A DNA stretch of 63,925 nt, counting the filler, from Stramenopiles sp. TOSAG23-2 (lineage: Eukaryota), in the NCBI GenBank assembly GCA_900128395.1. It is 4 parts of 4 records of this genome, joined end to end, with 100 filler letters (N's around TTAATTAATTAA, not from the genome) between each part and the next. Parts side by side here need not be neighbours in the genome. Positions count along the whole stretch, not along the records: positions 40,388 to 60,475 come from LT649565.1; positions 60,576 to 63,925 come from LT649694.1; 2 more parts are not named here. One strand, written 5' to 3'. Numbering within the stretch: position 1 is the first letter of the stretch; every line of letters begins with the position of its first letter. The notes beneath the pieces are model-generated. The model made no database searches. It saw only the letters and a list, made by a program, of their open reading frames with translations, and was not told the origin of the DNA. A program made the position numbers and the translations under genes. Below, in pieces: positions 56,308 through 63,925 of this stretch.

Positions 56308-59300
56308 ATGGCAACTACTGCAGAACCAGATTTTGCATTATTACACGGAAATACGACGAAATGGACTTTAGAGGATGATTCTAATTTAGTGAAAATTCTA
56401 TCGCAAATATCAGATAGTGTTATTTTACAAACAAAAGCATTGCAAGATGATGTTGAAAAATTGACGTACGATGCAAATGCTGCAGAGGTTCATTTAGGAA
56501 ATGTATTCAGTTCATTTTTACAAATAGCAAACACACAATTCGTTGAAAACCGTGTATATGAAATAGAAGCAAATGCAGAAGATAATAATGTTGAAGGTGG
56601 TGGTAATAAAGATAATAATAATGGAACTCCCAACGGGACAGATGTTGATCCTACTGCAAACGACCCAAATAAAGTGTTAGACCGATACAAATCAGCATTG
56701 TCACTTGGCACAAGGGCATTGAAACTTTTTTCATTGTTTGATGCAGAAGGTGATGATATCTATAATGAAAAGCCTTTACCGTTTGTTATTGGTACAAAAG
56801 AGTTTGAAGAAGACCCACTTGTTGGACTTGGTGATATTGGGAGCGGATCTGAATTGGATGACGATGGTGAAGAATCTGAAGGTGAAGAAGATGAGGAAGA
56901 TGAGGAAATTGAGCGTTATTCAGATGAAGATGAAGAGGAATATATGAAACGCAGGCGGGAAAGCCGGATGTCACGCCGCCGTAGTAGTGTTAAAAATGAT
57001 GGTAGTGACTTTGACGAATCGGGTGAAGATAATGATGAAGGTCCTGGATATGATTTAGTTTCTGAGGATGATAATTCTGGTAGTGATATGTTTGCGGATA
57101 GTAATGCAGAGGATGACGACGAGGAGGAAGATGATGATGATTTTGGTAATAGCGATGATGATAACTTAGGTCGCCATCGGAAAGCCTCAAGAGTTCCTCG
57201 TCGCCGTGCATCATCAGCTGAAGGTTCAGATGATGATGACTTTGGCGATGATAGTGAAGAAGATGATGGTGAATCCTCATCAAATAAACCACCAAGGCGT
57301 CGTAGAGTTTCAAGCACTGGAAATAGTGACGATGATGACGATTGGGGCAATGATTCTGATGATGATAATGATAATGTTAACAATAAAAGTAGTAGTAGTA
57401 GACAACGAAAAGATTCAGACGTACCAAAGAAAAAAGAGAACAAAAAGAAGAGACGCTCTTCTCGTCGTAAGTCAAGTGCTGGATCTACTGATGATATTTT
57501 TGGCAATGTCAACGACAATCCTGAAGATATTTTTGGTGATGATAATGGTTTATTTAGTGGTGGTGGTAGTAATAATAGTAATAAAGGAAAGAAAGGCAAG
57601 AAAAAGAAAGGTAAAAAGGCAGGTGGGTATTTCGGTTTATTTGGTGGAGGTGGTGATGATGAATTAGATGAAGACGAGGAATCACTATTTGCCGGTTTAG
57701 GAGATGATAGTAGTAAAAGTAAAGGGAAAAAAACAACGAAAAAGAAAGAGAAAAAACGTAAAAAAAGTGCTTCTGCAAGTATGTTCTTTGGTGGTGATGA
57801 TGACGATGATGATGGCGGATTGTTTGGTGGTGCAAATAGTGACAAAGAACAAAGTGCAGATGAAGAGGAGCAGCAAGAAGAGCCAAAGGAAAAGAAAAGT
57901 GGCGGTGGTGGACTTTTTGGTTCAGATTCGGAGGATAGTGATGGTGGATTATTTGGAGATGACAAACCACCAAAAACAAAATCAAACAACAAAAGTTCCA
58001 CTAATGGTGGAGGTGGTGGGTTGTTTGATGATGATTCGGACGATGATGCTGGTCTTTTCGGTGATGAAGAAGATACAACCAAAAAAGCTCGTCGAAAATC
58101 TAGAAGTAGTAGTGGTAGTGGTACAGCTGGTGGCGGTATGGCCGCTGCACTTGCACAAGCAGCACAAAAGAAAGCAATGCAACGGCGTGAAAGTAATACC
58201 AGCTCTGTTGGTGGATGGGGAAGTGACGACGATGATGATGATAAAGAAGAAGAACAACAACAACAAGTTAAACCAAAAGTTGCTGCTAAAAAGAAAAGTT
58301 CTGGTGGTTTATTTGGATCTGATAGTGATTCAGATGATGGTGGTTTATTTGGTGATAGTAATTATAAACCATCGACTACAACAAATAAAAGTTCTGGTGG
58401 TGGTGGTGGTTTATTTGGATCAGATAGTGACGAAGATGATATTTTTGGGACAGGGGGAAGTACTAATAATAATGATAGTAATAATAATAGTGAAAATAGT
58501 AAGAAGCCTAAAAGTGGATTGTTTGCGGATTCAGATGATGACGATGACGATATTTTTGGCAGCACGACAACGACGACGAAAAAGGAGGAACCAAAAGAAG
58601 AGCCAAAGAAAGAAGAGCCAAAAGAAGAACCAAATAAAGAAGAAGTGAAGAAGAAGGCAGCTCCATTTGGTGCTACCGGTGGTGGCATGGCTGCAGCATT
58701 AGCAGCTGCAGCACAAAAAAAAGCTATTCAACGTAGAGAATCTAATGCTAGTTCTGTTGGATTTAGTGATTCAGATGGTTCTGATGAGGATGTATTTGGA
58801 AGTAAAGCAAACACGCCAAAGCCTGTTGTAAAAAAAATAGTAGTAGAGAAACCTAAACCTGTTGTTGTAGAAGAGAAACCTAAACCTAAAGAAGAAATAC
58901 CCAGCACCAGTAGTGGCGGATTAGTTCACAAAACAAGTTCACGAGCAATGATGAAACGTGGCAAAAATCGACGAAAGCCAAAAGCAAAGAAGCCTTTTAA
59001 AGCACCTGCACCAGAAGAAGAAAAACCTACTACCGTTGTAGTCGCAGATGATAAAGAATCAGCGCCACCTTCTGTCCCTTCAAAGAAGAAACCAAGTGTG
59101 ATTGGTGGTGGTAGACCTGGCGGTTTAATGGCAGCGCTAGCTGCCGGTGCACAGAAGAAAGCACGACAACGAATGGAATCAAATGCTAGTAGTATTTCTG
59201 GATTCGGCTCTGACGACGATGATGATCCATTTGGAGTAAACAATAGCGAAAAAATAGAAAAACCTGTAGAGAACCCGGAAGAAAAGCCTGCGGTAGCGGA

Positions 59301-59954
59301 GAAACCAATAGAAAAACCTGCGGTAGTGGAGAAACCAGTAGAAAAACCTGCTGTAGAGGAGAAACCAGTAGGGGGGGGGGGAATAGTTTATTTGGTGATA
59401 GTGATGAGGATGAGGTAGATTATACAGTAGGAATGGATACAAACGATGACGATTTATTAGATAGCAAGCCGGAACAGACAGTAATCGAGCAAGTCGAAGA
59501 GGAAAAACCAACTGTTGTTAAATCATCGGGATCTGGGCTATTTAGCGACGGTAGTGACGGTGATGGCGATGATATGTTTGGAACTAGTACAAATGCAAAA
59601 ACGAAAACAGATTCAAAGCCGCTTGCCTCTAAAGGGTTGTTTTCTGATGATGATGATGATGATGATGATAACATGGATTTTGGAAGTGGAAAAGCGACTA
59701 CTACTACAAAAAGCTCAGGTGGCGGACTTTTTTCAGACGATGATGAAGATGATAAACCAACAACAACAACAACAAGTGCTACTAAATCTGCATCGAAAAA
59801 AAGTTCATTGTTTGACGATTCAGGTGAAGAAAGTGATGGTAGCGATGATCCATTGCGAAGAGGATCAACAGCTGCGTTTGGGGGTGATGGTGGTGGTGGT
59901 GGTCTATTTTCTGATTCTGATGATGGTGATTCTGATGGAGGATTATTTGGTTGA
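56308..59954 (+). CDS. WASHC2: WASH complex subunit FAM21/WASHC2, frameshifted at a G homopolymer (59371-59381)
   Basis: N-terminal W.L..D, QFVENRVYE and PLPFVIGT.EF. Numerous GLF-acidic (LFa) motifs. CPI-like LVHKTSSRA...P. The 59433-59954 frame is open back to the G run and continues the LFa repeats. Confidence 0.85.
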
Positions 59955-60475
59955 GTTTGAGGGTGATGATAATATGAGTAATCAAAATATATGATTCATT
60001 ATTCTGTGTGTGTGGATAAAATGAAAGATATCAGTATTATGTACGCCGTACATGCATTATATAAATGTCGTATGTCGTCATATCTCATATATGACCCCAT
60101 GTATCTGAGAGAGACCTTCAGTTGATAAATAAATATTTAGTATACTAATAAGTACAAATTACACATATTTTACTATCAAACCTCGTGCATTATAATTCCT
60201 ATATTCTACGAAAATCATAAATTTTTGGAAACTTGGTTACATTTATATTTTTAATCCAAGAAGATGCCATAAACGCACTCTGGGAATTGAGCATTGTAAA
60301 GGGCACGACGGTGATTTTATACATATAAAGAATATTTTTTTTGATCAACAGAAAGTGAAATGACACAATGGTGAAGTTGTGCATCTCCATTAAGTAATCC
60401 ATCACACAAAAGTTACATTGGTTACATTTTCACACTTTCCCATCATATTTACATGTTTTTTTTTATTTTTTAATT

Positions 60476-60575
60476 NNNNNNNNNNNNNNNNNNNNNNNNN
60501 NNNNNNNNNNNNNNNNNNNTTAATTAATTAANNNNNNNNNNNNNNNNNNNNNNNNNNNNNNNNNNNNNNNNNNNN
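60476..60575. other. Artificial contig linker
   Basis: 44 N + TTAATTAATTAA + 44 N. Confidence 0.97.
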
Positions 60576-60618
60576 GATCCAATATTATAAAATAATCGAT
60601 CCGAAGATATTTCATAAT

Positions 60619-63600
60619 ATGGTAGTAATAAAACCACCACGTCCAACTTCTGCATCGGTAGTAAAGTTAGCAAGAAAAAATCCAGGAAATAATAGACCAT
60701 TAACAGCAGGTACATTTAAAAATACAGGTGTAAGTAACTTTGTGTTAATATATGTTTATATACATTCGTCTTTATGCATTTTCTTTCTATCTCTTATTAA
60801 CTTATAAATAATTAATGCCATAAATATATATAAACATATTATATCTGTATATATGCATATAAAATTCTTACTACCTTTTTTTACGTGTGTGTCTCTTACA
60901 TATATGTGTATGTCATCATACAAAATATTTTTACTACACGTATGTTTCCTTTCATTATTAAATTCCATATTATTTATATGTATGGAACAATATAAACGAT
61001 TCCAACAAAATGTATCTAACAATATATAACATATATATGTATATATTATAACAACACAACAATCAATCGTATGCCAATCACATATCGTACTCAAATAACT
61101 AGCAATCACATGTCACATTAAAACAAACTGCAAATGGTCGTGTAAAAATATCTACAACACATAATGTAAATCAGGCTGGAAACAATGATGAATATGACTA
61201 TGAATTACAAATGGAGAGAAGACGCGCGAGAAAGAAGAAAAAAACGGTTCGTATTGCGACATTATATGGTATGAATAGTACAGCGCGTCTACCAATAACA
61301 ACTAGGAAACGAAGGAAGAAAAAAAATAAGAAGAAAGATCTTGAAAGAAGACGAATGGAAGAAGCGGAGGAAAAAGATCGTCATAAATATTCCTATGCTT
61401 CTCGACATGATTCATCTAAATTTATCAAAGGTGCACAATCATTTGAAATTTTAACTAATGTTCAAGGTTCACCACGTGACCCAATAGCAGCTAGAAATGC
61501 GGCTAGAGACGATGCAATAAATAATAGAACTTGGAAAATGGGATATCAAAATGCAATTTCGACACGTCCAGTGTCTGGAAAAGTTATTAAAGTAACACAA
61601 AGTGGACAAATAAAGCTTACGAATAGATTGGGCAAAGGTTGGCCATTTGATACTTCCTTGAATAGACCAGATTTAGTACGCGGACCGGAGCCATGGGCAC
61701 CACCTTTAACAAATGTGTATCCAAAAGATTGGCCATCAAATAAAGATGAAGATCATTTAAATACAATGCCTGAAAATTCGCATTATCCATGGTCACCGCC
61801 TAGGAGACCAAGTTCAGCTAATGAAGCATTGTTAGGATCGCCAAAAAATGTTTTTTCAACCGGTCGACGTTCTAGTTTAATGTCTACGATGAAACCAGCA
61901 GAGTTTTATGAACAAAAGCATTTAAGGAAAAGTAGTACTATAAGTGGATCAGGTGGTTGTTGGAATGATGAAAATGATCCGCGATATAATGAAAGAGGGA
62001 ATAAGCAACAATCAAGACGATTAATTCGCTCTGCAACTGTCAATGGTAGATTTCAGCACAAAATAGATAAATATAGCAATAGTATCAATAAAAAAAGAAG
62101 GCCACGAACTGGACCATCATCTACTAGTAAAAGGCCATTAAGTGGCATTAGTAGACCGGTGAGTGGGAAAAGTGTACAATTTGATGCAGAGTCGCCTGCG
62201 AGGGGTAGGATACGCCCGCAGACAGCAAAATCTAGTGCTTTAAAACGAGGTCGTGGTAAAGGTAAAGGTAGTGGAAATCGTCCACAAACAGCACTGACTC
62301 CGGTGCAAAATCGAAAGAATTATAAATCAAGACCAAAATCAGCTATGCCTGCGGTAAGACCACAAACAGCAATTTTAAAAAATAGAAGCAAACCTTCAAC
62401 TCTGAAAATAAATACTGGCAGTAGTAAGATTCGAAAAGAATTTATACGAAGTAGTAATTCTTTTTCAAATTCGCGTCCACATACTGTAGGTCCATCTCCA
62501 TCAAGGCAAAGAAATCCATCTACAATGAAAAGGAGCAAATCAGCAGGTGTATTTAGGGAACATGATGGCCCTGAACCACATCATCGCCGTCCAACAACTG
62601 CTACCAAGACAAAACGTAAATATCGAGTTGGTTTATGGCCTAGTGGCAGATGGAAGTATGATTATGGCAAACATATTACGCATCATGGTAAATCTCGCAA
62701 AGGCATGAGTCGTAAATTGAAAAAAAACAAAGAGCGGATAGAAAATGGGGAGGAAGGAGATTACGAATCAAGTAGCGATGAAAGTTCGTATGATGGCAGT
62801 GATGCTGAAAGTGTAGATGAAAATGGTGAAACAGCTAAGCAACGATATAAACGTAGAAACAATGTTACTAAGCGACCAATGGTAGCTGGTCAAAAAAAGA
62901 AAAAGAAATTATTTGAATCTTCCTCCTTGGCTACGTATACTGTTATGAGAAGTGCACCATTGAAGAAGCATACGTTGGAAGAAATGCTTCATGCGCAAGA
63001 AAAAGAAACGTTTAAACGTGTTGGTATTCGAAACGATGCATGTGCCTGGTTGCTAAATCATGGAAGATTCAAGCGGATGCCAATGATGCGATTATGGAAG
63101 AAATTTAGTCCAATCGCATTGCAAAATATAGCAGATGCTGGTAGGCGTAGTAATGCTAGTGGTGGTGGTGGCGGAGGACCTAAAAGTCCAAAGCGGAAGT
63201 CAGCGTATGGAACTGCACCAAATAGTCCAGTAGGTTTAAATAAAAAATCATCATTTAACCAAGACAATGATGAAAATAATAATAACAATGCTAATAATGG
63301 TCTCGGTGATAACAATAGTATGACAATGTCTGGATCAATCGCAAATCTATCAGAGAAAGGAAGTAAAGCGGGAAGTATCCTACAAACAGTTGACAATGAA
63401 CCATGGCGTACAGAAGATTTAGAACATAACAATATGTGGGTCAGTAGACCACAATTTATATACAACATGCGTGTTTTAATGGGCTTAAATGAAACGCAGA
63501 AAAATCTGAGAGAATTGAATAAATTATACTCTAGCTTTGATACGAAAGTTCAAGATATGATGAATATACGTGAATTTTGTTTTGTGTTTGTAGAATTACG

Positions 63601-63697
63601 AGAGGAGAAAAAACGTGCTGTATTTGGTGGCATGCCAGATGTAAGCCGATTTTATGAAGAAGCAAAATCAATATTTGCTAATCAAGATATGTATTAA
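60619..63697 (+). CDS. Two-exon basic disordered protein with RPx(T/S)A motifs and an EF-hand-like C-terminus (exons 60619-60729 and 61175-63697)
   Basis: Phase-0 intron GTAAGT (60730)...TCAG (61174) joins the 60619 ORF to the 61211 ORF frame. Repeated RPQTA/RPKSA/RPTTA. LYSSFDTKVQDMMNIREF. Confidence 0.75.
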
Positions 63698-63925
63698 AAT
63701 TTATGTAATTTCTAGAAGTAAAAGTGTGTATATATGCATATATGCACTATACAATACAACCATTATTGATATTTCGCATATTTTCTTCCAAATTTCACTT
63801 AAATCATCATTTTCAACCTAAATTTTAATATTTCATTGTTATGATGACGGATTTTTCATTTCATTACATGAAAACAAAGGAAAAACATTGAAAATACCTT
63901 TCTAAACTTACGCTCCACTAGTATA

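Noticed and set aside
56916-58688. Long alternative-frame ORFs (388 aa, 314 aa and others)
   Set aside because: By-products of low-complexity GAT/GGT codon runs in FAM21.
59371-59381. Programmed frameshift or phase variation in FAM21
   Set aside because: A G-homopolymer indel error is simpler; no stimulatory structure was seen.

Overview
AT-rich, intron-poor eukaryotic nuclear sequence, probably from a flagellated stramenopile protist (inferred from a stramenopile-type Myb-like factor and the general gene content). It is not one locus. Four contigs (1-20097, 20198-40287, 40388-60475, 60576-end) are joined by artificial 100-bp linkers (44 N + TTAATTAATTAA + 44 N), and the first three fall in length order. 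About 25 genes are recognisable: a PAH/C2H2 protein missing from the ORF track, a PKG-like kinase, AIG1/ADTRP, a WW-EF-TPR protein, head-to-head folD and fhs, a GC-rich kinesin, Hsp104/ClpB, VIT1-like, BTB, CDPK7-like, arylsulfatase, TIP30, Myb-like, a methyltransferase, a KDEL protein, an OSCA channel, a secreted PTP and FAM21/WASHC2. Several breaks look like amplification or assembly artefacts. The best leads are: (1) a divergent, apparently mitochondrion-targeted folD + bacterial-type fhs one-carbon module; (2) an unannotated 70-120-bp conserved non-coding element recurring downstream of unrelated genes; (3) two MITE-like elements, one with an empty-site paralog in the window; (4) a compositionally foreign motor-only kinesin. 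No CRISPR, rRNA or tRNA was recognised.
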